A DNA stretch of 64,000 bases. Source: an uncultured Alphaproteobacteria bacterium (GTDB taxonomy: Bacteria; Pseudomonadota; Alphaproteobacteria; Rhodobacterales; Rhodobacteraceae). Positions within the stretch are counted from its first letter, which is position 1. Every line of letters starts with the position of its first letter. The position numbers and the translations under genes were made by a program. The notes under the pieces are model-generated. The model was not told where the DNA came from. It saw only the letters and a list, made by a program, of their open reading frames with translations, and searched no databases. Positions 41,846 to 52,248 of the stretch are shown here, piece after piece. The stretch lies in the NCBI GenBank assembly GCA_942490805.1, contig CALNYU010000008.1:192451-256450 (forward strand), in the 5' to 3' direction.

Positions 41846-43027
41846 TCAAACAGCGCGCTTCAGCGCCTCGACCAGATCAGTGCGCTCCCAGCTGAACCCA
41901 CCGTCGGCCTCCGGCGCGCGGCCAAAGTGACCATAGGCCGCTGTGCGCTCATAAATCGGCTTGTTCAGGCCCAGATGTTCGCGAATGCCGCGCGGTGTCA
42001 AATCCATGACCTGCGCAATTGCACGCTCGATTGCTGCCGGATCAACTTCGCCAGTGCCATGGGTATCGGCATAGATCGACAAAGGCTTGGCCACACCAAT
42101 CGCATAGCTCAGCTGGATCGTGCAGCGCTCTGCCATACCGGCCGCCACCACGTTCTTCGCCAGATAGCGCGCGGCATATGCCGCGGAACGGTCCACTTTG
42201 GTTGGATCTTTGCCAGAGAATGCGCCGCCACCATGCGGGGCGGCCCCGCCGTAGGTATCCACAATGATCTTGCGGCCGGTCAGGCCCGCATCACCGTCCG
42301 GTCCACCGATCACGAATGTGCCTGTGGGGTTCACCCACCACTCGGTCTTCGCTGTGATCAGGCCTTCAGGCATCACTTCGCGGATATAAGGCTCAACAAT
42401 CGCGCGAATGTCCGCGCTGGTCTGGCTCTCATCGCTATGTTGGGTCGACAGTACGATGGACATCGCCTCAACCGGTTTGCCGTTTTCATAGCGCAACGAT
42501 ACCTGGCTCTTGGCATCAGGACGCAGCGTTGGCTCTTCTCCGGATTTACGCACCTCGGCCAGACGGCGCAGGATCGCGTGGGCGTATTGAATAGGGGCCG
42601 GCATCAACGCCTCGGTTTCCGTTGTGGCATAGCCAAACATGATGCCCTGATCGCCGGCGCCTTCTTCTTTGGTCTCGGACGCATCGACACCCTGCGCGAT
42701 ATGCGCCGACTGCTCATGCAGCAGGTTCGTAATCTCGCAAGTCGCGTGATGGAACTTGTCCTGCTCATAGCCGATGTCTTTGATACAGGCGCGCGCGATG
42801 TCTTCGATCCGCGCCATGTGATCCTTCAGCTTGGACTTGTCAGACAACCCCACTTCGCCGCCAATCACCACGCGGTTCGTCGTGGCAAAGGTCTCACAAG
42901 CGACACGCGCTTCGGGTTCCTCGGTCAGGAATGCGTCCAGAATGGAATCCGAAATCCGGTCACAGACCTTATCGGGGTGACCCTCTGAGACAGATTCAGA
43001 GGTAAAGATATAGTTGTTTCGTGTCAT
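41846..43027 (-). CDS. metK: S-adenosylmethionine synthetase
   Basis: [26 protein letters not shown]. Confidence 0.98.
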   Translation of the reverse strand: MTRNNYIFTSESVSEGHPDKVCDRISDSILDAFLTEEPEARVACETFATTNRVVIGGEVGLSDKSKLKDHMARIEDIARACIKDIGYEQDKFHHATCEITNLLHEQSAHIAQGVDASETKEEGAGDQGIMFGYATTETEALMPAPIQYAHAILRRLAEVRKSGEEPTLRPDAKSQVSLRYENGKPVEAMSIVLSTQHSDESQTSADIRAIVEPYIREVMPEGLITAKTEWWVNPTGTFVIGGPDGDAGLTGRKIIVDTYGGAAPHGGGAFSGKDPTKVDRSAAYAARYLAKNVVAAGMAERCTIQLSYAIGVAKPLSIYADTHGTGEVDPAAIERAIAQVMDLTPRGIREHLGLNKPIYERTAAYGHFGRAPEADGGFSWERTDLVEALKRAV

Positions 43028-43033
43028 GGGGAT

Positions 43034-43080
43034 GTGCTCCGGTAAATTACACTGCCACGTCAGGAAGCCGTTGTGGCAGA
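43034..43080 (-). ncRNA. SAM/SAH riboswitch
   Basis: CUGCCAC-AACGGCUUCCUGAC-GUGGCAG...GGAGCA directly before the metK AUG; CUUCC can pair with the GGAG RBS (pseudoknot). Confidence 0.9.
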
Positions 43081-43115
43081 ATCGAGTACCCCGATATGGT
43101 GTGCCCGCTGCAAGG

Positions 43116-44615
43116 TCAATCGCTATCGCGTCTGGCCCTGAAATAACCGCCAAAGATGAACAAAACCACCACAAGGATCACCGGCAGATCACCCCATCTG
43201 CTATAGGGTGTCGCCACAAGTGCGGCAGGCAGCGGCGCATCAATCGCGCCCTCAACACCCAACGGCAAAGCGGCTGTGATACGGCCTTTGGGATCAATCA
43301 TTGCGCTGATGCCGGTATTGGCCACACGCACCATGGGCAAACCCTGCTCGATCGCACGCAGCCGTGCTTGGGCAAGGTGCTGATGCGGGCCAGCGGCCTT
43401 GCCGAACCATGCATCATTCGTAATCAGCAACAGCAAACGCGGGCGGGTCTCACCGTATGTAATCTCTTCGGCGAAAATCCCCTCGTAGCAGATCAGCGGC
43501 ACCGCCGCCCCGATCCCCGGCAGATCAACCGGCCCCGGCATGGCCCCCGGTGTGAACCCGATCCCTAGATTGCGCGCAAGCCCCGTCGCCCCCATCTGCC
43601 CCAAGAACCGGGCCCCCGGAATATATTCCCCAAAGGGCACAAGATGGCGCTTGTCATAGGTGCTCTGCACGGCGCCCCCCGGTCCCACGACGACCAGACT
43701 GTTATAGGCCCGCGCCGCAGCATCGCGGCGCTGGATCCCAAAGACCAACGGCGCACCGCGGGCGGAATCCGACAAAAATCCCAGATCATCCGCGATATGG
43801 TTTAGCAAATAAGGGACAGCCGTTTCAGGCCAGACCACCAGATCGGGGACAATACCCTCCGCGCTATAGGTGGTGAGACGGCGCAGGAAAACGTCCGTAA
43901 ATGCAGGATCCCATTTTTGATTTTGCGGTGCATTGGGCTGCACAAGGCGCACAACCGGAAGATCGTCGGTCGGTTGCACCACCGGTCCGGGATGCATGAC
44001 AAAGGACAGCGCCACAACCAGCCCCAGAACCACGAGCCCCGGAATACGGTCGCGGCCCATGAGTGCGGCAACGGCCAGTCCGCTCAGCACAGCAAACAGC
44101 GTCAGCAAATGCGGCCCGCCATAGGCCGCCACCTGTGCAAGCCCCGTTGTCACCCAGACATGGCCCAGCAAGGCCCACGGAAAACCGGTCAGGATCAGCG
44201 ATCGCAGCACCTCGGCTCCGACCAACATGAGGCCGAACATGATGGTGCTGCGCGGCGCGAGCCTTGATGCAATCCAAGCCGCCAGCGCCCAGAAAATTGC
44301 AGCGCCCGCTGCCATCAGAAACAGCGCGAAGGGTGCCATCCAGCCGTGTCGTGCGATGTCGACAAGGAAAGGCTCAACGATCCAGCGCAGGCTGAACGCA
44401 AAATAGCCAAACCCGAAGGCCCATACATCAAAGACGCTTTGACGGCGCGACTGCGCATGAGGATAGAGTGCGAACAACACGCCCAGCGCGAGGATCGTCA
44501 CCGGCCAAAAGTCAAACGGGGCTTGGCCTAATCCCGCCGCAGCCCCCAAAACCACAAGCCCAATGAGCCGAAACCACGCCGGACGCGCAGCAAACTGCAC
44601 TGCAAAGTTAGCCAT
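43116..44615 (-). CDS. lnt: Apolipoprotein N-acyltransferase
   Basis: [37 protein letters not shown]. Confidence 0.95.
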   Translation of the reverse strand: MANFAVQFAARPAWFRLIGLVVLGAAAGLGQAPFDFWPVTILALGVLFALYPHAQSRRQSVFDVWAFGFGYFAFSLRWIVEPFLVDIARHGWMAPFALFLMAAGAAIFWALAAWIASRLAPRSTIMFGLMLVGAEVLRSLILTGFPWALLGHVWVTTGLAQVAAYGGPHLLTLFAVLSGLAVAALMGRDRIPGLVVLGLVVALSFVMHPGPVVQPTDDLPVVRLVQPNAPQNQKWDPAFTDVFLRRLTTYSAEGIVPDLVVWPETAVPYLLNHIADDLGFLSDSARGAPLVFGIQRRDAAARAYNSLVVVGPGGAVQSTYDKRHLVPFGEYIPGARFLGQMGATGLARNLGIGFTPGAMPGPVDLPGIGAAVPLICYEGIFAEEITYGETRPRLLLLITNDAWFGKAAGPHQHLAQARLRAIEQGLPMVRVANTGISAMIDPKGRITAALPLGVEGAIDAPLPAALVATPYSRWGDLPVILVVVLFIFGGYFRARRDSD

Positions 44616-45495
44616 TGCTTGCCGCTGAAAGGCGGACGCGCAACCGTTTGATCCGGCGCGGATCTGCATCGACAACTTCGAACTCGGGCCCGGCAGGGTG
44701 CAAGATGACCTCACCGCGCGCAGGCAGATGGCCTGCCAGCATCGTCACCAGCCCGCCCAATGTGTCGATCTCTTCCTCATCAATCTCGTCAGCTTCGGTC
44801 AGGTTCATGCCGATCTCGGCCTCAAAATCATCCAGATCAGTGCGGGCCTGCGCCAGATAGCAGCCGGGCTTTTCCATGATCCAGCTTTTGGCCTCTTCGA
44901 TGTCATGTTCGTCTTCAATCTCGCCGACAACCTGTTCGATCACATCTTCGATCGTGACCAAACCATCGGTGCCGCCATATTCATCAATGACCAACGCCAT
45001 GTGGATACGCTCGGCCTGCATCTTTTGCAGCAGCACGCCCAGCGGCATCGAGGGGGGCACAAAGATCAAAGGGCGTACCATTTCGCGCAAATCCAGTTCC
45101 TGGCTATTGCCGTTGAACCCGTGGCGCAGCGCAAAGTCCTTGAGGTTGGCGATCCCGATGGGGGTGTCCAGCGTGCCGTCGTAAACCGGCAAACGGGTCA
45201 AACCGCTTTCCCGAAACACCTCAACCAATTCATCTTTGGTGATCGTGACCGGAACAGCCACAATGTCAGGCTTCGGGATCGACACGTCCTCTACGCGCAT
45301 CCGGCGCAGATTGAGCATCCCCAACATCGGCCCTGCCGCATTCACGTTCTGGCGTGGTGTCTCGTCATTCTCTTCTGAAGTCGCGGGCGCGGTAAACGCG
45401 TTAACCAAACGCGAAAATAGCCCGGGAGAGGTATCCGTCTCGTCCTGCTGCGCGCTTTGCGCAGCGCTAGACGGTCCTTCGTCTGTGTCGCCCAT
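44608..45495 (-). CDS. corC: CBS + CorC/HlyC domain protein (Mg/Co efflux)
   Basis: [33 protein letters not shown]. Confidence 0.9.
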   Translation of the reverse strand: MGDTDEGPSSAAQSAQQDETDTSPGLFSRLVNAFTAPATSEENDETPRQNVNAAGPMLGMLNLRRMRVEDVSIPKPDIVAVPVTITKDELVEVFRESGLTRLPVYDGTLDTPIGIANLKDFALRHGFNGNSQELDLREMVRPLIFVPPSMPLGVLLQKMQAERIHMALVIDEYGGTDGLVTIEDVIEQVVGEIEDEHDIEEAKSWIMEKPGCYLAQARTDLDDFEAEIGMNLTEADEIDEEEIDTLGGLVTMLAGHLPARGEVILHPAGPEFEVVDADPRRIKRLRVRLSAASNG

Positions 45496-45528
45496 TTTAT
45501 CCTTACCTATGTGGGTCACCAGACCCGA

Positions 45529-46017
45529 TTACTCCCTATATGGGTCAGGAATACCCATTTTGCCAAGTATCTCTGTTTCCAAGCCTTCCATTAAGGTGGC
45601 GTCGCGGTCACGTTCGTGATCAAAACCCAACAAATGAAGGGTGCCATGAACAAGTAAATGAAGCGTATGATCGCGCAAAGGCTTGCCCGCCTCAGTCGCT
45701 TCGCGCGTACAAGTGTCATAGGCGATGGCAATATCGCCCAATTCAGCATCCGGTCCGGGCTGCGGCGAAAGGGGCATTTCACCATCAATCGCAGCACCGC
45801 GTTCCTCTGACGGCCAGCTGAGAACATTGGTGGCCGTCGGCTTAGCCCGAAAATCAGCATTCAACGCAGCGATGCGTGCGTCGTCACAGGCCAGCACGCT
45901 AATCTCAAAAACCGATGGTTCCAGCCCAAGCCGTTCAAGGGTGGCATCTGTCGCCAATTGCGCCAGCGCGGCGATATCGCCCCAGCGGTCATCTTCGACA
46001 ACGCAATCCACGGTCAC
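45529..46017 (-). CDS. ybeY: rRNA maturation RNase YbeY
   Basis: TNVLSWP, LGDI, HGTLHLLGFDH. Confidence 0.95.
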   Translation of the reverse strand: MTVDCVVEDDRWGDIAALAQLATDATLERLGLEPSVFEISVLACDDARIAALNADFRAKPTATNVLSWPSEERGAAIDGEMPLSPQPGPDAELGDIAIAYDTCTREATEAGKPLRDHTLHLLVHGTLHLLGFDHERDRDATLMEGLETEILGKMGIPDPYRE

Positions 46018-47027
46018 TTGGGATTGTCCGCCTCATAAGCCTCGATAATCGCAGCCACCAGCGGATGGCGAACCACGTCTTTGGAGGTGAAATAGTTAAA
46101 GCTGATCTTGGGGATATTCTTCAGCAAACGTTCCGCATCCCACAGGCCCGAATTGACGCCGCGCGGCAAATCGATCTGGGTGCGGTCACCGGTGATCACC
46201 ATGCGGCTGCCCTCGCCCAGACGGGTCAGGAACATCTTCATCTGCATGGTCGTGGCGTTCTGCGCCTCATCCAGCACGACGAATGCATTGGACAGGGTGC
46301 GGCCACGCATAAAGGCCAAAGGTGCGATCTCGATCACCTTTTCCTCCATCATCTTGGCCGATTGCTTGCCGGGCAGAAAATCATTCAGCGCGTCATAAAG
46401 CGGCTGCATGTAAGGATCGACCTTGTCTTTCATGTCCCCGGGCAGATAGCCCAGCTTCTCACCCGCCTCAACGGCAGGGCGCGACAGGATAATCTTATCC
46501 ACGTGCCCGCTGATCAGCATATTCACACCGACAGCCACCGCCAGATAGGTCTTACCCGTACCGGCCGGACCAATGCCAAAGGCCAGTTCATTGTTGAAAA
46601 GCGCCTTCACATAAGCCTTTTGCGCGTCGGTGCGCGGTTCAACCAGCTTCTTGCGCGTCTTGATCTCGACCCGCTCGGTTTCGCCTTTGAAAAGCTCGAT
46701 CTGGTCGCCTTGGCGTGCGGGATCGAACATAGGCTCGGCACCCATGCGCAATTCGCGGTCCAGATCACCCGGTTCCAACGAACGCCCGGCCTCAAGGCGG
46801 CTGTACAGCGCCTGCAAGACTTGGGTGGCCTCATGGCGTGCGTCAGGTTCGCCAATCACGGCAAGCTGGTTGCCGCGGCGCAGGATCTGCACGCCAAGTC
46901 TGTCTTCGATGGTGGTCAGGTTGCGGTCGTATTCACCGCAAAGGTCGATCAGCAAAAAATTGTCAGGGAATTCCAGCAGGGATTCAGCCGTAGCTTCGCT
47001 AGGCGGGGTCAGGGCACCGGTGGCCAA
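46014..47027 (-). CDS. phoH: PhoH family ATPase (YbeZ)
   Basis: GPAGTGKT, RPAVEAGE, AFMRGRT, DEAQN. Confidence 0.95.
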   Translation of the reverse strand: MATGALTPPSEATAESLLEFPDNFLLIDLCGEYDRNLTTIEDRLGVQILRRGNQLAVIGEPDARHEATQVLQALYSRLEAGRSLEPGDLDRELRMGAEPMFDPARQGDQIELFKGETERVEIKTRKKLVEPRTDAQKAYVKALFNNELAFGIGPAGTGKTYLAVAVGVNMLISGHVDKIILSRPAVEAGEKLGYLPGDMKDKVDPYMQPLYDALNDFLPGKQSAKMMEEKVIEIAPLAFMRGRTLSNAFVVLDEAQNATTMQMKMFLTRLGEGSRMVITGDRTQIDLPRGVNSGLWDAERLLKNIPKISFNYFTSKDVVRHPLVAAIIEAYEADNPK

Positions 47028-47299
47028 TCAGCTCTCCTCTTCGTCTATATATAGGTATCGTGGCAACTGCAGACACAAGGCGCAAGGCTCTTTGAGCAAA
47101 GAAAGGGAATTGCGGGCGCTCTGCCCTACGCGATGTAGGGGGCGCAACAGCGCAGTCCAGCTTAAACCCTTGATGCAGTGGAAAAACACGCGGCCAAAGA
47201 GGGAAATTGCCAAATGCCTTAAACTTGCGCAAACTGCCCCGCAACGGGCGCAAAGCCGAGCGGTACTCCGCAAACACGCCCCAAGCGGAGAGCGATGAC

Positions 47300-48280
47300 A
47301 TGGTGAAGAGAGATTCGATGAGCTTTGTCTTCAACGGCTTGGGGACAGGCAAGGCGATCTCTCCGGACGACTTTGTCGCCACCTCTGCCACGATCTCCCC
47401 CCCCGGCTTTAGCTGGCTGCACCTGCACAAAGAGGGCACGGGAACTTCAAAACTGCTGGCCGACGCCGGGCTGGATCATTTCGTGATTGCGGCCCTTATC
47501 GCCGATGAAACCCGCCCGCGCTGTACCGTTCACGGCAAGGGCGTGTTGCTGAACCTGCGGGGCATCAATCTGAACCCCGATTCAGAGCCCGAGGACATGG
47601 TGTCGGTCCGGCTCTGGCTTGAGCACACGCGGGTGATCGGGGTGTGGGGGCGGCCGCTTCTCGCGGTGCAAGACCTTGCCGATACGATCTCGCGCGGCGA
47701 AGCACCGCGATCACCGGGGGATTTCACGGCCAAACTGGCGCTGCGCCTGACGGACCGGGCCGAACCCTTTGTGGCGATCCTGAACGAAGAAATCGACACG
47801 TTGGAAGAGGCGGTGATCGACCCCAAGGCGCATGTATCGCGTTCCAGTCTTGGCGGATTACGGCGCAAGGCCATCGTGCTACGGCGCTATTTTGTGCCCC
47901 AACGCGATGCGCTGACGACGCTGGAAATCGAAGACCTAGGCTGGCTCGACGCGCATGACCGCGCGCGCCTGCGCGAAGCGGCGGAACGGGTGCAACGTTT
48001 TGGCGAAGAACTTGATGCGATCCGCGACCGCGCGCAGATCGTGCATGATCAGATCATGGACAACCGCGCCGAAGCGATGAACCGACGGATGCTCTTGTTA
48101 TCCATCGTGTCGGCCATCTTCCTGCCCTTGGGGCTGATGACAGGATTGCTTGGCATCAACGTGGGTGGCATGCCCGGCGTAGACGATCCGCGCGCATTCT
48201 GGGTGGTCTGTCTGGGGCTTCTGGTGCTGGCTGGCGCGCTGGTATTGCTGTTCCGCAAGCTTGGACTGTTCCGCACGTAA
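47300..48280 (+). CDS. zntB: Zinc transporter ZntB (CorA family)
   Basis: WLHL, ETRPR, LNLRGINLN, GLLGINVGGMPG (GIN signature); start approximate. Confidence 0.88.
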   Translation: MVKRDSMSFVFNGLGTGKAISPDDFVATSATISPPGFSWLHLHKEGTGTSKLLADAGLDHFVIAALIADETRPRCTVHGKGVLLNLRGINLNPDSEPEDMVSVRLWLEHTRVIGVWGRPLLAVQDLADTISRGEAPRSPGDFTAKLALRLTDRAEPFVAILNEEIDTLEEAVIDPKAHVSRSSLGGLRRKAIVLRRYFVPQRDALTTLEIEDLGWLDAHDRARLREAAERVQRFGEELDAIRDRAQIVHDQIMDNRAEAMNRRMLLLSIVSAIFLPLGLMTGLLGINVGGMPGVDDPRAFWVVCLGLLVLAGALVLLFRKLGLFRT

Positions 48281-48302
48281 GGTGGATCTTGATCCACCTT
48301 AC
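48277..48302. repeat. REP-like palindrome copy 4, carrying the stop codons of zntB and miaB
   Basis: GTAAGGTGGATC-TT-GATCCACCTTAC. Confidence 0.88.
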
Positions 48303-49606
48303 AGCAGCACACCTTTCAGCGAATTCGGACTGTCTTCGATAATCCGCACTGGGCGCACCTGCCCCAGTACATCCGCTGGCGCATCTGCATAAACCGCATG
48401 CAGATACTCGGACTTGCCAATCATCTGCCCCGCTTCACGCCCTGCTTTTTCGAACAGAACCTTCACCTCACGGCCCACCATCGCGGCCTGCGTTGCCTGC
48501 TGCTGTTCACGCAACAACGCCTGCAAGCGCTGCAAACGGTCGTGCATCACATCCTCTGGCAGTTGCGGCTTTTCAGCGGCAGGCGTGCCCGGACGGGTCG
48601 AGTATTTGAACGAATAGGCCTGCCCGTAATGCACATCGCGCACCAGTTGCAGGGTGTCTTCAAAATCTTCTTCTGTCTCGCCGGGGAAACCCACAATGAA
48701 ATCACCCGAGAGTAGCAAATCAGGACGCGCCGCACGAATACGGGCAATCAGCGCCAGATAGCTTTCTGCCGTATGTTTGCGGTTCATCGCCTTCAAAATC
48801 CGGTCCGAACCTGATTGCACCGGCAAATGCAGATAGGGCATCAACTTGTCACAGGTGCCATGCGCGTCAATCAGCGCCTCATCCATGTCGTTTGGGTGGG
48901 ATGTGGTAAAGCGGATCCGCTCTAACCCATCAACCTTGTCCAATGCCCAAATGAGGCCTGCCAGACCACCTTCATGGCCATGATAGGCATTCACATTCTG
49001 GCCCAAAAGCGTGATTTCCTTCACGCCGCTTTCCACCAATTCCTGCGCCTCACGAATAATACGATCTGCAGGGCGCGAGACCTCGGCACCGCGGGTATAA
49101 GGCACCACGCAAAAGGCGCAAAATTTGTCGCAGCCTTCCTGCACCGTCAAAAACGCCGTCGGCCCACGCTTGGCTTTGGACCGCGCTTTGAGCGTATCGA
49201 ACTTATCGTCATCAGGAAAATCCGTATCGAGCGCCTTGGCCCCCGATTGCACTGCCTCTTCCATGGCAGGCAGGCGGTGATAGCTTTGCGGCCCCACCAC
49301 CAGATCGACCATCGGCTGGCGGCGGATAATCTCCTCGCCCTCGGCCTGCGCGACACAGCCTGCTACGCCGATTTTCAGATCGGGGTTCGCGGCCTTCAGC
49401 CCCTTGAACCGGCCCAATTCGGAATAGACCTTTTCGGCCGCCTTTTCGCGAATGTGGCAGGTGTTGAGCAGAATCATATCCGCGTCATCCGGCGTGGTGG
49501 TTTCCACATAGCCCTTGCCGCCCAGCGCCTCGGCCATCCGTTCGCTGTCATAGACGTTCATCTGACAACCATAGGTCTTGATATAAAGCTTCTTTGGCGC
49601 GGACAT
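48299..49606 (-). CDS. miaB: tRNA-2-methylthio-N6-isopentenyladenosine synthase
   Basis: [36 protein letters not shown] domain. Confidence 0.97.
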   Translation of the reverse strand: MSAPKKLYIKTYGCQMNVYDSERMAEALGGKGYVETTTPDDADMILLNTCHIREKAAEKVYSELGRFKGLKAANPDLKIGVAGCVAQAEGEEIIRRQPMVDLVVGPQSYHRLPAMEEAVQSGAKALDTDFPDDDKFDTLKARSKAKRGPTAFLTVQEGCDKFCAFCVVPYTRGAEVSRPADRIIREAQELVESGVKEITLLGQNVNAYHGHEGGLAGLIWALDKVDGLERIRFTTSHPNDMDEALIDAHGTCDKLMPYLHLPVQSGSDRILKAMNRKHTAESYLALIARIRAARPDLLLSGDFIVGFPGETEEDFEDTLQLVRDVHYGQAYSFKYSTRPGTPAAEKPQLPEDVMHDRLQRLQALLREQQQATQAAMVGREVKVLFEKAGREAGQMIGKSEYLHAVYADAPADVLGQVRPVRIIEDSPNSLKGVLL

Positions 49607-49720
49607 GGGGGCTGCTCTCGGGTTAGGATAACTTGTGCCTTCTAGCGACTTGGCGGAATGCTTGCAATGCGGCCCGATATCACCGATTTTGCCCCCTGCC
49701 TTTTGACGAAGCGAGCCTTG

Positions 49721-50584
49721 ATGCATTATCCCTCTCTGTCCGCACTGACTGCCGACCTGCAGCGCAGCCCACCCCAGGGGCCAGTCGCATTGATCCTGAT
49801 CGAGGATGATGTCGCGGTGGCGCAGACAATTTCCCATCACGCCAACGCAGGCTTTGCCCGCATCGTGACCTTTTGCGCGCCCGAACAGATTTTGCCCACC
49901 GATCTGCCTGACACCATTGACCGTGTGGATTTCGACATCAGCGCAGAGGATGCCTTGCAGGTGATCGTCAACACGATGATCAAGGCGCTGCCGGATCAGT
50001 GGCTCTATTATTGCTACAACGCCGAGTATCTCTTCTACCCGTTCTGCGAAACGCGCAGTGTTGGCGAGATGCTGACATTTATGCGCGAAGAACGGCGCGA
50101 CACGGTGATGAGTTCTGTTGTCGATCTCTATGCCAAAGACCTGAACGCGCACCCTGACGGTGTCGACCATGATAGCGCCCATTTCGACAAATCCGGCTAC
50201 TACGCGCTGGCCCGCGAAGACGCCGATGGCGAGACACTGGAACGACAGGTCAATATCTTTGGCGGGCTGCGGTGGCGGTTCGAAGAACATATTCCAAAAG
50301 CACGGCAACGCACCGACCGGATTTCATTTTTCCGCGCACAGCCAGGGCTGCAAATGCTGGCGGATCGCGGGTTCAATATCGCGGAATACAACACGTATTC
50401 CTGCCCTTGGCACAACAATCTCTCGGCGGCGATCTGCTCTTTCCGCACAGCCAAAGCCTTGCGGCGCAACCCCGGCAGCCGTGCTGCGATCACGACCTTT
50501 CACTGGCCACAGTCCGAGCGTTTCACCTGGCAGTCACAACAGCTTTTGGATTTGGGGCTGATGGAACCGGGGCAATGGTTTTAA
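49721..50584 (+). CDS. Conserved Rhodobacteraceae protein, GT2-like fold
   Basis: [37 protein letters not shown]; function inferred only loosely. Confidence 0.6.
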   Translation: MHYPSLSALTADLQRSPPQGPVALILIEDDVAVAQTISHHANAGFARIVTFCAPEQILPTDLPDTIDRVDFDISAEDALQVIVNTMIKALPDQWLYYCYNAEYLFYPFCETRSVGEMLTFMREERRDTVMSSVVDLYAKDLNAHPDGVDHDSAHFDKSGYYALAREDADGETLERQVNIFGGLRWRFEEHIPKARQRTDRISFFRAQPGLQMLADRGFNIAEYNTYSCPWHNNLSAAICSFRTAKALRRNPGSRAAITTFHWPQSERFTWQSQQLLDLGLMEPGQWF

Positions 50585-51053
50585 GCTGTTTCTTTGGATA
50601 ATGCAGTGATGAATAAGGCCAATCGCTTGGTCTTTTGACCAAACCGGCATGAATGGGCGCTGACCGGATCAGGTGCATATGTAGTGCGAGATCATCCGCG
50701 TCGCGGATCAAATGTTCCCAGAACCGGCGCTGCCAAATGCCCTTTTCGCCACGTTTGCGGTGGCTCTGGGGAATATAGGCCGGGGCGGGTGCATGGCGCG
50801 AAAAGCTTGATTTGATCAAACGCCAGCGTTTGGAAAAATCGGCGTCCCCGTCCGGCAAAGTCCAGATCATGTGCAGCTTATTGGGAAGGACCACCGCCGC
50901 ATCAATTTCAAACGGCCAGCGTTTGCGGCAAAGGCGCACCGCATCGCGCAGCAGATCAATCTGCGAAACCAGAAGGTCCGCGCGCTGATCCTGCAAACGA
51001 AGAGTAAAGAAATAGGTGCCACCCGGCACGCGCATACGACGGTAATTTGACAT
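50523..51053 (-). CDS. rayT: REP-associated tyrosine transposase (RAYT/TnpA-REP) homolog with substituted catalytic residues
   Basis: MSNYRR..GGTYFFT, VVLPNKLHMIWTLP, DFSKRW, IWQRRFWEHLIR, DWPYSSLH align with the E. coli YafM family; HUH reads KLH and the Tyr position reads Leu. Confidence 0.88.
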   Translation of the reverse strand: MSNYRRMRVPGGTYFFTLRLQDQRADLLVSQIDLLRDAVRLCRKRWPFEIDAAVVLPNKLHMIWTLPDGDADFSKRWRLIKSSFSRHAPAPAYIPQSHRKRGEKGIWQRRFWEHLIRDADDLALHMHLIRSAPIHAGLVKRPSDWPYSSLHYPKKQLKTIAPVPSAPNPKAVVTAR

Positions 51054-51075
51054 GACATCAACGTCGCGCAGCAAG

Positions 51076-51091
51076 GTTAATTAATTATGAA
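51076..51091 (-). promoter_or_regulatory. CtrA-box-like site upstream of the RAYT homolog
   Basis: TTCA-N7-TTAAC on the - strand (1 mismatch to TTAA-N7-TTAAC). Confidence 0.4.
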
Positions 51092-51103
51092 ACTGTGCAA
51101 AAC

Positions 51104-51129
51104 GTAAGGTGGATCAAGATCCACCTTAC
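51104..51129. repeat. REP-like palindrome copy 5, adjacent to the RAYT homolog
   Basis: GTAAGGTGGATC-AA-GATCCACCTTAC. Confidence 0.9.
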
Positions 51130-51132
51130 CCG

Positions 51133-51549
51133 TCACTTCCGTCGCAACCGGATGACAACATCCACTGACGCAATTTCTGCCCCGGCAGGCGCATCAGGCA
51201 AATTGCGGATTTCCAACTCATCCGCGGGCGCGTCAGTCAATGTCGCGCTATCTTCCCAATAGAAATGCGGGTGATCCGTCATATTGGTATCAAAATAGCT
51301 TTTTGACCCGTCAACCGTGATCTCGCGCACAAGGCCCGCATCGCAAAACGCGCGCAGCGTGTTGTACACTGTCGCCAGCGACACTTTCTCATCCGCATCA
51401 GAGGCCGCTTCAAACAGGCTCTCGGCCGTCACATGCCGATCCTGCCCGTCGCCCACCAGCAATGACGCCAAGGTCATGCGCTGGCGCGTCGGACGAAGCC
51501 CCGCTCCGGCCAACCAATTGGTACTGCGCTGTGTCGCTATATCTGACAT
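51133..51549 (-). CDS. irr: Iron response regulator Irr (Fur family)
   Basis: GLRPTRQR, RHVTAESL, SLATVYNTL, DHPHFYWED; divergent from fabA. Confidence 0.92.
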   Translation of the reverse strand: MSDIATQRSTNWLAGAGLRPTRQRMTLASLLVGDGQDRHVTAESLFEAASDADEKVSLATVYNTLRAFCDAGLVREITVDGSKSYFDTNMTDHPHFYWEDSATLTDAPADELEIRNLPDAPAGAEIASVDVVIRLRRK

Positions 51550-51560
51550 GATCGCCCTTT

Positions 51561-51577
51561 ATGACAATTATTCTCAA
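51561..51577. promoter_or_regulatory. Imperfect palindrome before irr, possible iron-regulator (ICE/IRO-like) site
   Basis: TTGAGAA-TAA-TTGTCAT on the - strand, just downstream of a TTG-N18-CCATAT promoter-like motif. Confidence 0.4.
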
Positions 51578-51698
51578 CTATATGGGAAGAATATCCGCCG
51601 GATCAAATGAAAACCGCTAGAAAAGCGCAGACTTGCTCTCATAAACCGCAGAGTGATAGAGGTCTTGGGACGCAGTTAAGAAGAATGAGACCAGTGAC

Positions 51699-52208
51699 AT
51701 GGCCGAATATCCAACATCTTTCGACAAAGACGACCTTCTGAAATGTTCGCGTGGCGAACTTTTTGGCGAAGGCAATGCACAACTTCCCGCGCCCCCGATG
51801 CTGATGATGGACCGGATCACAGACATCTCCGGCGACGGCGGATTGCATGGCAAGGGCCATGTCGTTGCCGAATTCGACATCACGCCTGACCTGTGGTTCT
51901 TCGACTGCCACTTCCCAGGCAACCCGATTATGCCCGGCTGTCTGGGCCTTGATGGTCTGTGGCAACTGACCGGTTTCAACCTCGGCTGGCGCGGATGGCA
52001 AGGGCGTGGTTACGCACTTGGTGTGGGCGAAGTCAAACTGACCGGCATGGTCCGCCCTGACCGCAAGATGCTGACATATAAGGTGGATTTCACCAAAGCC
52101 ATCCAAACCCGCCGCCTGACAATGGGTGTCGCCAACGGGATTGTTGAGGCTGACGGCGAGGTCATCTATCAAGTCACCGATATGAAAGTCGCTTTGTCCG
52201 AAAGCTAA
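51699..52208 (+). CDS. fabA: 3-hydroxyacyl-ACP dehydratase/isomerase
   Basis: [32 protein letters not shown]. Confidence 0.97.
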   Translation: MAEYPTSFDKDDLLKCSRGELFGEGNAQLPAPPMLMMDRITDISGDGGLHGKGHVVAEFDITPDLWFFDCHFPGNPIMPGCLGLDGLWQLTGFNLGWRGWQGRGYALGVGEVKLTGMVRPDRKMLTYKVDFTKAIQTRRLTMGVANGIVEADGEVIYQVTDMKVALSES

Positions 52209-52248
52209 GCTTCCGCACAACCATCTACGTTCAAAAGGAGAGGTGCCC

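Noticed and set aside
48299..50308. 669-aa extended MiaB
   Set aside because: The N-terminal extension is antisense to the 49721-50584 gene; the true start is MSAPKK at 49606.
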